Origin: Felis catus
Taxonomy: Eukaryota
Direction: 5' to 3'
Length of the DNA stretch: 64,000 nt
Assembly (NCBI RefSeq): GCF_018350175.1
Contig: NC_058368.1
Location: 28,274,001 to 28,338,000 of the forward strand
Shown here: piece by piece, positions 12,527 through 24,097 of the stretch
How the letters are laid out: each line of letters starts with the position of its first letter
How positions within the stretch are numbered: the first letter of the stretch is position 1
Translations under genes and position numbers: made by a program
The notes under the pieces: model-generated
Seen by the model: the letters and a program-made list of their open reading frames with translations, nothing else
The model's database searches: none
What the model was told of the DNA's origin: nothing

Positions 12527-13402
12527 ATTTTTTCAAAATATAATTCATTGTCAAGTTTTCTAACATACAGTGTATACTATGTGCTCTTGGCTTTGGGAGT
12601 AGATTCCCATGATTCATCACTTACATACAACACCCAGTGCTCATCCCAACAAGGGCCCTCCTCAATGCCCATCATCCATTTTCCCTTCTCCCCCGCCCCC
12701 CCCCCATCAACCCTTAGATTGTTCTCTGTATTTAAGAGTCTCTTATGGTTTGCCTCTCTCCCTGGAACTATTTCTTCCCCTTCCCTTCCCCCATGGTCTT
12801 CTGTTAAGTTTCTCAAGTTCTACACATGAGTGAAAACATACGATATCTGTCTTTCTCTGACTGACTTATTTCTCTTAGCATAATACCCTCCAGTTCCATC
12901 CACTTTGTTGCAAATGGCAGGATTTTATTCTTTCTCATCGCCAAGTAGTATTCCATTGTATATATGAAGCACATCTTCTTTATCCATTCATCAGTTGATG
13001 GAAATTGGGCTCTTTCCATAATTTGGCTATTGTTGAAAGCCCTGCTATAAACATTGGGGTACATGTGCCCCTATGAATCAGCACTTCCATATTCTTTGGA
13101 TAAATTTCTGGTGGTGCTATTGCTGGGTCATAGGCTAGTTCTATTTTTAATTTTTTGAGGAAACTCCACACTGTTTTCCAGAGCAGCTGCACCAGTTTGC
13201 ATTCCCACCAACAGTGCAAGAGGGTTCCCATTTCTCCACATCCTCGCCAGCATCTGTTGTTTCCTGAGTTATTAATTTTAGCCACTGTGACTGGGGTGAG
13301 GTGGTATCTCAACGTGGTTTTGATTTGTATTTCCCTAATGATGAGTAATGTTGAACATCTTTTCATGTGTCTGTTGGCCATCTGGGTGTCTTCTTTGGAA
13401 AA
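12527..13402 (-). mobile_element. 5'-truncated carnivore/feline L1: ORF2 C-terminus (frameshifted) plus 3' UTR
   Basis: ORF track gives [31 protein letters not shown]...[10 protein letters not shown] and ...[19 protein letters not shown]...KWMELEGIML, the classic L1 ORF2 end. Confidence 0.95.
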
Positions 13403-14399
13403 GTTTCAATTTTTATCAAGACTTCCAGCCTACTTATCAAGCTTTAAAAAGATGAAGAAGAAGAAGATGTTTACTTGGCTTTTCTCCTTCTTATGATTAA
13501 AAGAATATCAACCTTCAATGGTCTTATATTTGCTATCTCATCTGCTTTTGTAGACTCATGTCTAGACATGTCTTTCTAAACCATTGACTTAACACATTCA
13601 ACTAACTGCCACCTCCTAATACAATAGATTTTCATTCTGATCAATACTAACCAATCTGAGGTAGCTGGGAGGGGAAGATTGCCATCCATTATAACAACAG
13701 GAAGGGCAATATTGACAGAAATGAGAAGCTAATGTATTTCATTTTATAATTATCACTATTAATGACAATGACAATGACCCAGCACGGACATGGGGTCCTG
13801 ATTTTGGCACAAGTGGTCACTTGGGTTTACAGAAGCCACTGCAATATTGCTTCATTTATAGATAAAGAAACAGTGATCTGAAGAGTTAAGATGTCTAATA
13901 CCCTTTCCAGCTCTAAGGCGCCAAGATGGTAAATTCCTGTAATTGTTTGGAGCCAGCACTCGACATGGTTATGCATTATATTTATTCAGTGTTTAATTTA
14001 TCAGCCAAAATACTTGGGGAAAGAAAAAAACTTTTCCAAAACTCTTCTAGAGGCTGCCTGCCTTTCCTCCATGTTTCTGCATTTGCAGTAACCTGAGCTG
14101 TCTTCACTTCATGCTCATCTGCTGGGGCTCATCTTCAGACAGTAGCTGGGTGGGCTACTGATTTGTTACTCCAACTACTTGTTACTTGTCTTTCTGATAA
14201 AGCAGGAAGTTAGGTTTCTAAAATTACTCCCATCCTGTCTTCCAATTTTGCTCCCACGTAGATTTTAATTTTCAGTTCAATTTCTCAAACATCTACTAAA
14301 TGCCAACCCACAAGGCAGGCAAAGGCACAATGCCTTGGAATTCGAAGAATAAACAACTCAGTCCCTATTCCGGACACTGTTGTTACCAGCAAATAATTG

Positions 14400-14580
14400 G
14401 TCACACGTATTGAGTACTTACCGGGCATCATTCTAAGGACTTTATATGTATTACTTCTTTAATCACCACAACTTGTCAACTAAGTGTTATTACTATCCCT
14501 GTTTCACAGATAAGGTGAAGAAAATTACTTAAGATGACTCAGCCACCAGGTGGCAGAGCCAGAATTCAGATGTATGAACC
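14400..14580 (-). mobile_element. MIR
   Basis: tattgagtacttac...ttttatatgtattacttctttaatc...tttcacagataagg...gtggcagagccagaattc. Confidence 0.7.
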
Positions 14581-14799
14581 CCCTGACACCACCTGCGGAG
14601 AGAAACCAACAGGGAAGCAAATAAATTCCACATCCGTAGGCTTCTTCTCTATGCCTGTGGGATTTGTAAAATTTCACCCCAACCTCTGAATCAAAATCTT
14701 TAGCCATTGGCCCAGGCATCATTCTATGTTAGAAGTTGCACAGGTGACTCTGAAGCAGGGGTCCAGTTGAAAAGCAGCATTGCACAGAGAATCCAGTAG

Positions 14800-15395
14800 A
14801 CATAGAATCGGAAGCATGGTGGGGGCACCAGAGTGGTTCACTAAGGAGTTCGGGGAAGAGTGTCCAGGGGAATGACTCGTGAGCTGAATCCTTGAGTGAG
14901 GAGGAATTTGCCCAGAGGACAAGGAGAGGAGGAGCAAGAGGGTTGTGTGTGCAAAGGCACAGGAGGTGCGCATGTGAGGACGCTCTGGTCTAGCTGAATG
15001 TGATGCCGGGGGCCAGCAAAGAGCTAAATCGGAGGCAAGTCACAGCAGGCTTGGGGCACCGTGGCAAGAGCTTGACTTTAGCCCGTGGACTAAGGGTCTC
15101 TTAAACAAGAAAAGATTGGGATCAGATTTGCAGCTTAGAAAAAAATGTCTTTGACCTCTGCATGGGAGGAAGGTTGGAGGTGGACAATCGGAGTCCATCA
15201 GAAGCCAGAGAGAAAGGTGATGCGGGCTGACCCGAGGCAGCGGTACCGGAGAGGGTAAGGGAAGGGCAGTTCCAGAGTCGAGTTGGAATCAATGTGACTT
15301 AGTGACGGGCTGGTGGTGAGGGGGAAGGAATGAGTCTAAGAGGACTCTGCAGCCTCTGGCTGTGGTGAGTGGATGGCTGGAGGTGCTGTTAACCA
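14800..15395 (-). mobile_element. L2 fragment
   Basis: gagctgaatccttgagtgaggaggaatttgccc...tgcaaaggcacaggagg...atcagatttgcagcttagaaa. Confidence 0.6.
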
Positions 15396-15396
15396 G

Positions 15397-15495
15397 AAGG
15401 GGGACGGGGAGGGAGAGGGGGACGGGGAGGGGGAGGAGGAGGAAGAGGAGGAGGAGGAGGAGGAGAAGGAGGAGGAGAAGGAGGAGGAGAAGGGA
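15397..15495. repeat. Purine-rich (GAG/GGA)n low-complexity tract
   Basis: Direct. Confidence 0.9.
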
Positions 15496-16319
15496 AATGC
15501 TCAGCACCTGGGGGAGCCCCTGGAGAGCTCAGTGTCGTGCATGCTGACTGGCGGGCACCTGTGCAGTGCCCAGGCGGGACTGTGCAGCAGGCAGCCAGCA
15601 CAGAAGTCTGACTCATGGGAGAGTACAGGGCAACAAGTTTTTAGTACACATTATGTGACATGATGGGGTGTGGGTGACCCTTCCAGCAGACACAGAGACA
15701 CCTGAGGAACCTGGGGTCTACTCTCAGCAAACCTCACTATCCACCCATCTGTTAGAGAGGATCTGGACACGTCTCCTCCATGTATAGAGGCATCAGGGCT
15801 AACAACAACCCTTAGCTCAAAACGAAAAGCCTAATGCTCAATGACCACCCGTGGATTATGGAATCAAGTTCATAACCATTAATCTAGCAGGTCCAACCTC
15901 ATTTCCCAGTCTCAACTTCTTCTACTCCCCTTAGAGAACCTGTTCGTTTCTCCTTCCTCCAAACCAAACCTACTCTTCTCTATCTTTGAACTGGTTCCCC
16001 AACACCTAATACTGTCACAAAGCGGGAGCTCCAAAAGTGTGTGAAGAATAAATGGTGAGTGAGTGAATGAATGAATGAATGAATGGAAATCCTCCCCCTC
16101 AAGGGCCTCATTTTGCCTTCTACAAGTGGTAGAGTCCTCAAAGTCCTGAAAGAAGTGAGCAGCAGCTTTTTACCTGGAGAAGCACAGAGAGGGAAGCCTC
16201 CTCTGGGAAAAACAAAAGGGAAAGGCTTGGGCAGAGTGATAAAAGCCCATGGCACTGGGATCAAAGATGATCTGACAAATTACCGCCTGAAACGTTCAGG
16301 GTAAAGTGGGTAGAAATGT

Positions 16320-16660
16320 TTGCCCCCCTGTCGTCTATTCTCAACCTAACAGCCAGAGTGATCCTGTTAGAACACAAGCCAGATCCCCGCACTCCTCTGC
16401 TAAAACCCTCCATTGGCCCATCTCTTGCTCAGAGAAGCCAAGTCCTTATGATGACACTTCAGGCCCTCCAGGATAGGGTTCCCTATCCCCATCTGACTTC
16501 GTCTCCCCCTCTTGTCCTCCTCTTATTACTCTCCCCTCCACTATCATTACTATTCACCACTCCAGCCACACTGGTCTCCTTGCTGTTCATTCGAGTTCAT
16601 CACACATGCTCCTACCCCAGGGCCTTTGTACTGGCTGTTCCTTCTGCCTGCACGGAACAC
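16320..16660 (+). mobile_element. L2 fragment
   Basis: cagccagagtgatcctgttagaacacaagccagat...ccagccacactggtctcc...cagggcctttgtactggctgttccttctgcctg. Confidence 0.75.
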
Positions 16661-17269
16661 TCTTCCTCTCAACAGCCCCCCAAACCACTCTTCTGCCCCC
16701 AAACTCAACTGTTCCAGGAAAATGTGGTGAGGGAGGTTTGAGGGGCCTCCTTCTTCCTGAGACCTGGTAGCTTCGTTCGTTTTATTTAATTTTTGATTTG
16801 GGAACAACGGGCTCATGAGGCTGACTGCTGTGGATGGCAGATGATGCATTTTAGGTTCTCTCTCTTTCCTAAAACACTGGACATTGTAAAATAATCTCAA
16901 TCCATTAGAAGGCAGAGCATCTTTGGCCAGCTACACGGTGGCTTCTGTCTTAACGCTGGGCTCTTTCACCGGGGCCTACCTTGGCCTTATCTGAAGACAC
17001 ACTGGACCGACTTGTTCGTGGCAGCAGGACCGCGGGCTCTGCCTCTCAAATCCTCCATTAGCCTATGTTCATTGAGCAACTAGGATGTAGCCCCACACCT
17101 GGCACACTCAGCACAGTATCTGCAGGAACACCTGACACCTCGCTCCTCACTAGAGCGCAGGTGCAGGTGTATGAGGAAGCACGGGCTGCAGTGTGGGGGC
17201 ACACGGACCTCGCGCCGCCCCCCTCACTTCTCCATCCCTCTGCTCCCATCATGATCATCTCCTTGGTAT

Positions 17270-17735
17270 TCCCAGACCGCGCCGGCCCCACTCCGGCCTG
17301 GGGTCTTTGTACTTACTGCTCCCTCTGTCCGGAACCCTTTTCCCGGCGTATGAACACAGCCAACTTCTTTCCTTCTGCCAGTCTTGGCGTTTGAAAAGTC
17401 TTCTCATCAAAATAACGCGTGCATACACACACGATCTCCTTCCATTGCTCCCTACCCCCTTATCCTGGTTTATTTTCTTCCCGGAACTTAGCAGCATTAG
17501 ATATATTATATAGAGATATAGATATAGATGTTATAGTATAGATATAGATATAGATATAGATATAGATATAGATATAGATATAGATATAGAATAGATATAG
17601 ATATAGATATATAATTAATTTTTAAATTTCTGTCTTCCCTTCCCCTATTTCATAATGAAAATTCCATGAAAGCAGGGACTATTTTGGTCGTAACTATTAG
17701 GAGGTGCTTCATAAATACTTGTTGAATAAATGAAC
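17270..17735 (+). mobile_element. L2 3' end containing a (TATAGA)n tract
   Basis: gggtctttgtacttactgctccctctg...ccatgaaagcagggact...ataaatacttgttgaataaatgaa. Confidence 0.65.
17506..17612. repeat. (TATAGA)n hexanucleotide microsatellite
   Basis: Direct. Confidence 0.95.
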
Positions 17736-18973
17736 AACAAATTAATACATCCCTGTAGCAGCTTCAGGCACCACGTCCGTATTCAAAGCAGAAAGAAGGG
17801 GAAAGAGTTGTTCTAGCAATCGCTACAGGAAATTCTCAACTTTTAATGTTTGTGGGCCCTGCTCCTGGGCTCCCAGGGAAGCTCTACTTTTTACCGAGGT
17901 CAGAATGAGTCAGCAAAACCTCAAAGCATGGGCTCTATTTCTGCCCCCAAGCACTGGACATTGTATTTCTGCTTCGTTAAAAAATAAAATAACAAAAAAA
18001 AAAAAAAAGAACATTCCAAACAAAAAGATAAGAAAAACAAGAAAACCTCCCTGGTTCCCATAAGAAAAAAGTCATACGGCCTTGCACATACTAAAACCAT
18101 AAGATAAAGTCTGTAACTTTCTGGAATGTCCTTCCTCAAGATGATTTGTAACTCTTTATGCAAAAAGCATGTATAACCCTGCATCAAATGTTCCTTTCCC
18201 AGAGCGCTCCCTTCTTTGTGAAGAGTGGGTATCCTGGACAGTTGTCCTAACTCGGACTCGAATCAAACTCTTTCCCTTTCCCTTTAATTTTTTAGAAACG
18301 GGTTGCTCAGTTCGCATCAGCACAATGTTTGTACTTGTGTCAGGAAAGCAAAATTTTGCCGGGCCCCTGACTTCCATTTACATCCCTTTGGCCAGAATGT
18401 GAGTAGACTGCCCACCCCCACCCCCCCACCCCAGCAAGGACAGCAAACAAGGGAGGGGTGGCGAGGAAAGCAAATATTTAGCTTTTACCACCTGCTAATG
18501 GAGGCACCCAAGGGAGAAGGGTTAGGAATGGTGCTGGATTAGCCAAAACAGTGTGGCCACAAGAGACGACACTAATAGAAACAAACACAGAAGGATCACT
18601 ACATATTTAAAAGAGATCAATTCCATAAAAACACCTAAAATGTCTATAGGGTTTAAATTACATATGTACCCATTTTTTCCCACCACTGTCCAGGACTGGT
18701 ATACTGGTCGTAAAATAAGCCAATGGGCCAAATAATCCAAACTGGTTTTCTACGTCTATGAGGATATATATTTGCCAATTAAGAAAGAGATCAAAAAGTG
18801 GGCTGGAGACATAGATTTGGGGGAACTTAGGGAGCACGTGGCCAAACACTCTCATTTTTTCGCTGAGGAAACAGGAGCCAAATGGTTATGCAACTGACTC
18901 AAAGCCACCCAACTAAATTGGCTGTATATAAACAATGAAAAAGTTTAAATCTTACTCCAAGGGCGCCAGTGAG

Positions 18974-19434
18974 TGTATTGGTTTCCTATCACCACCGTAA
19001 TGAATGACCAGAGACTGGGGAGCTTCGGACAAATTTACGGTCTCACGCATCAGGAAGCCAGAAGTCCAAAATCAGCTTCACTGGGCCGAAATCAAGGTAT
19101 CAGAGTGGTGCTCCCTCCAGAGGCAGGAGTTTCTCTTCTGCCTTCTGGTGGCCTCCAGCATTCCTTGGCTTGTGGCCCCACTGCTCTGATCTCTGCCCTT
19201 AAGGTCACACTGCCTCTTCCTCTTCTGTGTGAAATCTCCCTCTGACTTCCTTTCATAATAACACATGTGATTGTATTCAGGGCCCATTTGGATAATCCAG
19301 GATAATTTCTTCATCTCAAAATCCTTAATTAGTCACTTCTGCAATCATCATTGTTTTGCTGTATAAGGTAACATTCACAGATTCCAGGAATTAGGATGTG
19401 CATGTTTTTGTGGGACCATTTTTCAGCCTGACAC
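18974..19434 (-). mobile_element. MaLR solo LTR (MLT1C/D-like)
   Basis: tgtattggtttcct...gaagtccaaaatcag...gggcccatttggataatccaggataat...ttttcagcctgacaca. Confidence 0.8.
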
Positions 19435-20110
19435 AGAGTGAGTGGAGAGAATAACCGAGTGTTACAAATTCGTTAGTGGAGTTAGTGGCAGAACTGGGAT
19501 TAGAGTGTTTGGCTTCAGACCCCCATGGGGTTCAGTGGCCCTTGCAGCCTCTCACAAAGGCTTATCTAACGGATTAAGAAGGGACACACATTTGAAATGT
19601 TTACAATAATTATAAGGAAATATACCTTCATGGATTCACAGAAGTTTAGCAATCTTCAAGACTATGCTAGCAATTTATGTATGTTGCTTAATTTAACAAC
19701 TGTTCTCAAGGTTATACTAAGATGACCAAGGCTGTAGCTTCTATGAATTTAGATGTGTGCAGCCCCATCTGACAATTGGTGGGGCAGGACCCAAATGGGT
19801 TCATTTGCATGAGGGTCAATGAACCTCTTGGGAATGACAACAAGGAGACCTGGTGGGGATGATTTGGGGCCCCTGAAGGTCATTATTGACATTTTCCGTT
19901 TTCTCCTTAACTACGTGCAGTTCCTCACCAAACCACACCACTGCGTTTCCTTTATATACACATACACACATATATCACTTTTTACCATGGCTCCCACTCT
20001 TACTTCAAAATTTGGCTAAGGTATTGCTTTTGTCTGGATTGTTTGCCTGCCAGGTGCCCTGTTACCGTATTATAATTTCTCTGTCACCTTATCTAAATCC
20101 TTTGGGGTGG

Positions 20111-20340
20111 GGGGGGCGCCTGGGTGGCTCAGTCGGTTAAGCGGTTAAGTGTCCCACTCTTGGTTTCGGCTCAGGTCATGATCTCGCAGTTCATGAGTTC
20201 AAGCCCCTCATAGGGTTCTATGATGGCAGCACGGAGTCTAATTAGGATTCTCTCTCTCTCTCTCTCTCTCTGCCCCTCCCCCACTCATATTGTATCTGTC
20301 TCTCTCAAATAAATAAATAAACTTAAAAAAATAAATAAAT
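20111..20340 (+). mobile_element. CAN-SINE
   Basis: ggggcgcctgggtggctcagtcggttaagc; (CT)n; TSD aaatcctttgggg. Confidence 0.93.
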
Positions 20341-20502
20341 CCTTTGGGGGCTGGGACCTTATTTTTTCTGTCTGTATCTCCAGCTTCTATTGCATTGAAC
20401 GAGCATCCAGTAAATGACAAATGGTATGGATAGATGGATCTAGAGAAAGTGAGAAGTTATAACTCTTACACCAGAGATAACAGCTAAGAATAGGAAGTTA
20501 GT

Positions 20503-20704
20503 GGGATGCCTAGGTGGCTCAGTCAGTTAAGCATCCGACTCTCGGTTTCAGCTTAGGTCATGATCTTGCAGCTTTGTGGGTTTGAGCCCCACATAGGGCT
20601 CTCTGCTGACAGAGTGAGCCTACCTGGGATTGTCTCTCTCTTCCCCTCCCCGACTTGCACTGTCTCTGTCTCTCTCAAAATGAATAAATAAACTTTAAAA
20701 AAAA
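20503..20704 (+). mobile_element. CAN-SINE
   Basis: TSD aagaataggaagttag on both sides. Confidence 0.93.
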
Positions 20705-20711
20705 GAATAGG

Positions 20712-21420
20712 AAGTTAGCATTTGTTGCATAACAAACAGCTCCAAAACTTAATGACTTAAACCATTTTATTTATTGTTTGTTTGTTTTTAAAATAATTTT
20801 TAAATGTTTATTTATTTATTTTGAGAGAGAGCGCCAGTGGGGGAAAGGCAGAGAGGAAATCTCAAGGAGGCTCCGCACTGTCAGTACAGAGCCGGACTCA
20901 GGGCTCGATCCAACAAACCATGAGATCATGACCTGAGCTGAAATCAGGAGTCAGACGCTTAACCGACTGAGCCACCCAGGCGCCCCCAAACCAATCATGT
21001 ATTTAGTTTATGGTTCTTCAGGTCACAATTAGGGCTTGACTGAGCTGCATCATTTTTCTGATCTGATATAGGATCAGATGATCTTGACTGGGTTTGTTTC
21101 TGCTTCTACTGACAGCTGGTGAGTTGAGTGAGGCTGGCAAGTTTATGATAGCCTTGCTAGGCTAGTTGGGACAACTGGGGCATCTCTCCATATGGCTGTT
21201 ATCCTCCAACAGCCTGCCCAGGCATGCTTACTCAGTAGATTCAGAGTTCCCAGCAGTAACAGCAGAAGCTACATGATTTCTTGAGACCTAGGGTCAGAAC
21301 TTCCCCAAAGAAACTTGATCCAAGAAAGTCACAAAATGAAATACAAAGGATGGGAAAATAGACTTCAACTCTTACTAAAAAGAGTTGCAGAATACTGTGG
21401 CCATTTTGGAAATTGACCTT
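20712..21420 (-). mobile_element. Old MaLR LTR (MLT1H/I-like), interrupted by a SINE
   Basis: gttgcataacaaacagctccaaaacttaatgacttaaacc...ggaaaatagacttcaactcttac...aatactgtggccatttt. Confidence 0.55.
20795..20987 (-). mobile_element. CAN-SINE
   Basis: gagatcatgacctgagctgaaatcaggagtcagacgcttaaccgactgagccacccaggcgccccc. Confidence 0.92.
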
Positions 21421-21837
21421 AGAAGAGGATGAAGGGAATAACCGAGTTCTACTTTTCCACCTGCACTCAGACTGTTCCTTTAATTTTTAGGTATCTCTTT
21501 ATCTCCAGTCTCCATTCTCATTCCTCTCCCCTGGCCGAACTACCCTGATTTGTGCATCTTTTTGTTTGTACCCCTTCCTACAAAATGTATACGGGTATTT
21601 GTGTGTATGTTTCTATTTTATGTAAAATTTCATTTGTGTATATCTATTGTTTTACTCAGCTTTATGATGACTTTAAGATCAATCTGTGATACTATGATCC
21701 ATCTAATGCCATTCTCGTGTTTATGGATCTACCCCATTCAATCATAATGTGTTTATAAAGCGATTGTCGGATTCAGTTAGCTAACATTTTAGCTAAGGAT
21801 TGTGCATTTATTACATTCAACAGTGTAATGGGCCCAT

Positions 21838-21948
21838 GATGAGCACTGGGTGTTGTATGTAAGTGATGAATCACTAAATTCTACTCCTGAAACCAATATT
21901 CCACTATATGTTAACTAACTGGAATTTAAATAAAAACTTGAAATAATA

Positions 21949-21983
<35 letters not shown>

Positions 21984-21992
21984 ATACAAAAA
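21838..21992 (+). mobile_element. Carnivore L1 3' terminus with (TAAA)n tail
   Basis: gatgagcactgggtgttgtatgtaagtgatgaatcactaaattctactcctgaaaccaat. Confidence 0.85.
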
Positions 21993-22280
21993 TAAGTGAA
22001 ATATGACGATTGCTTTAATATGAAAAAATAAAAAGAAATGAGCTGATATTGTTTCATAGCTATAGAACATAAGTCTACATGCTACTCACTCTTTGGTGTT
22101 TCTAGAGGCTTTCTTTGTGGCTTAATAAATGGTCTGTTTTCTTTGTGGAACTTCTACTGTGTCTCTCTTACAATAAGTCTATGTATGGAACTTTCTATGT
22201 TTTGATATGGGTTGTTTAACCTATTCTTCCACCTGTAATTCTAGGAAATTGAATGCTGGTTCCTGGGTTTCTCCAAACAT

Positions 22281-22549
22281 TTCTTCTTCTTCTTCTTCTT
22301 CTTCTTCTTCTTCTTCTTCTTCTTCTTCTTTTCCTTCTTCTTCTTCTTTCTTCTTCTTCTTCTTCTTCTTCTTCTTCTTCTTTTCCTTCTTCTTCTTCTT
22401 TTCCTTCTTCTTCTTCTTTTCCTTCTTCTTCTTCTTCTTTCTTCTTCTTCTTTTCCTTCTTCTTCTTCTTTTCCTTCTTCTTCTTCTTTTCCTTCTTCTT
22501 CTTCTTCTTTCTTCTTCTTCTTCTTCTTCTTCTTCTTCTTCTTCTTCTC

Positions 22550-22580
<31 letters not shown>

Positions 22581-22662
22581 TTCTTCGTCTTCTTCGTCTT
22601 CTTCTCCTTCTCCTTCTTCTTCTTCTTCTTCTTCTTCTTCTTCTTCTTCTTCTTCTCCTTTT
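22281..22662. repeat. Long compound (TTC)n/(GAA)n polypyrimidine repeat
   Basis: ~380 bp almost exclusively C/T on plus. Confidence 0.97.
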
Positions 22663-23410
22663 TAATATTTTTCTTTTTCTGGGATTCCTACCAGATGAAT
22701 AATGGCACTTATTCTCATATCTTCTGGGTCCTTGGCTTTTATTGTAATGGTCTATCTGTTGACCCTTTCCTTCTAGGAGAGTTCCTCACCTGATATTCTA
22801 ATGCACAAGCTTAGTCTCAGCCAGATTCTTCCAAGTATTCACCCCTTCACCATGTTACTGAGCTAAACTACTAAATTTTTCACACCTGCTTCCATTTTAT
22901 TCTTTTTTACTTTTTGGCCTTTCTTTGCAACACCTGTTTCGTAGCGTCCCTTATCGCTCTAGGTGTATGTAATCGTGTGCCAGTGCCAACTTCACGCTGT
23001 CCGACTTGTTGTCTTGAAGGCAGTTACGGGGACTCAGAGCTCATTTCCCCTGGGGGCACGAGGTCCTTTGTCAGGGCATGTGTTTTGGGGAAGAGCCAAG
23101 AGCTGTAGTGTGCGTCACTGTGGATGAGGGGAAGGGGGATGCGGCCCTACTGGGGAGCCCCAGACCCCATAGAAGCTTTGTTGGTTGCTCCCATTTGGTG
23201 CTTCTTCACCAAGTCCCTACTCCAGCCAGAGCTATACACTTAAATGCTTGGGGATGCACCAAGCAGAAAAGACACAGTTTTCTCACTTCACAACCTAGAA
23301 GGAGAGAGGAGGCTGCAAGTCAGCAAGTCGTCTGCACCTGTTTCCTGACTCCTGAGTCCAGCAGGGCTCTTGCGTTGCCCTGAGGTCACATGGAGGGCAA
23401 GGCATGCCAC

Positions 23411-24097
23411 TGTATAGTCTCCTACTGCTGCTGTAACAAATTACCACAAACTTCATGGCTTACAAGCACAGAAATCCATTCTCTTATAGTTCTGGAGGTC
23501 AGAAATCCTCAATCGGTTTCACTAGGCTAACATGTCAAGGTGTCAGGAGGACTGGTTCCTTCTGGGGACTCCGGGGCAGAATCCATTTCCTTGACTTTTT
23601 CAGCTTCTAATGGCCCCTTCTACCTTCAAATCTTTTTTTTTTTCTTTTAATGTTTGTTTTTGAGAGAGAGAAAGAGTGTGATCAGGGGAGGGACAGAGGG
23701 AGAGGGAGACACAGAATCCGAAGCAGGCTCCAGGCTGTCAGCCCAGAGCCCGATGCGGGGCTCGAACCCACAAACGGTGAGATCATGACCTGAGCCAAAG
23801 TTGGACACTTAACCGACTGAGCCACACAGGCACCCCAACCCCTTCTATCTTCAAAGTACATCCTACCTCTGCTTCTGGGGCTACATCACCTTCTCTTGAC
23901 TGACTCCTCCTGTGTCCCTCTTAAAGGGAGGGTTGTGATTCCATCAGGCCCCCCAGATAATCCGAGATGATCTCCTCACCTCAAGATTCTTAACTCCATC
24001 ACATCTGCGAAGTTCTCTAGCTATATAAAGGTCATATTTACAAGGTCCAGGGATGAGGATATGGACATACTGGGGAGCCTTTCATCCACCTACCACA
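23411..24097 (-). mobile_element. MaLR solo LTR (MLT1C-like) split by a CAN-SINE
   Basis: tgtatagtctcctactgctgctgtaacaaattaccacaaac...tagttctggaggtcagaa...ccacctaccaca; flanks gccac/accac. Confidence 0.8.
23633..23836 (-). mobile_element. CAN-SINE (SINEC_Fc type) inside the MLT1
   Basis: gacacagaatccgaagcaggctccagg...gggctcgaacccac...caggcacccc. Confidence 0.92.

Noticed and set aside
12813..13381. Protein-like ORFs as a host gene
   Set aside because: Frameshifted L1 ORF2 C-terminus of a 5'-truncated element.
15289..15663. Poly-Glu/Arg/Pro ORFs
   Set aside because: Translations of the GAG low-complexity tract.
22207..22702. Poly-Ser/Phe/Leu ORFs of ~150 aa
   Set aside because: Translations of the TTC repeat.
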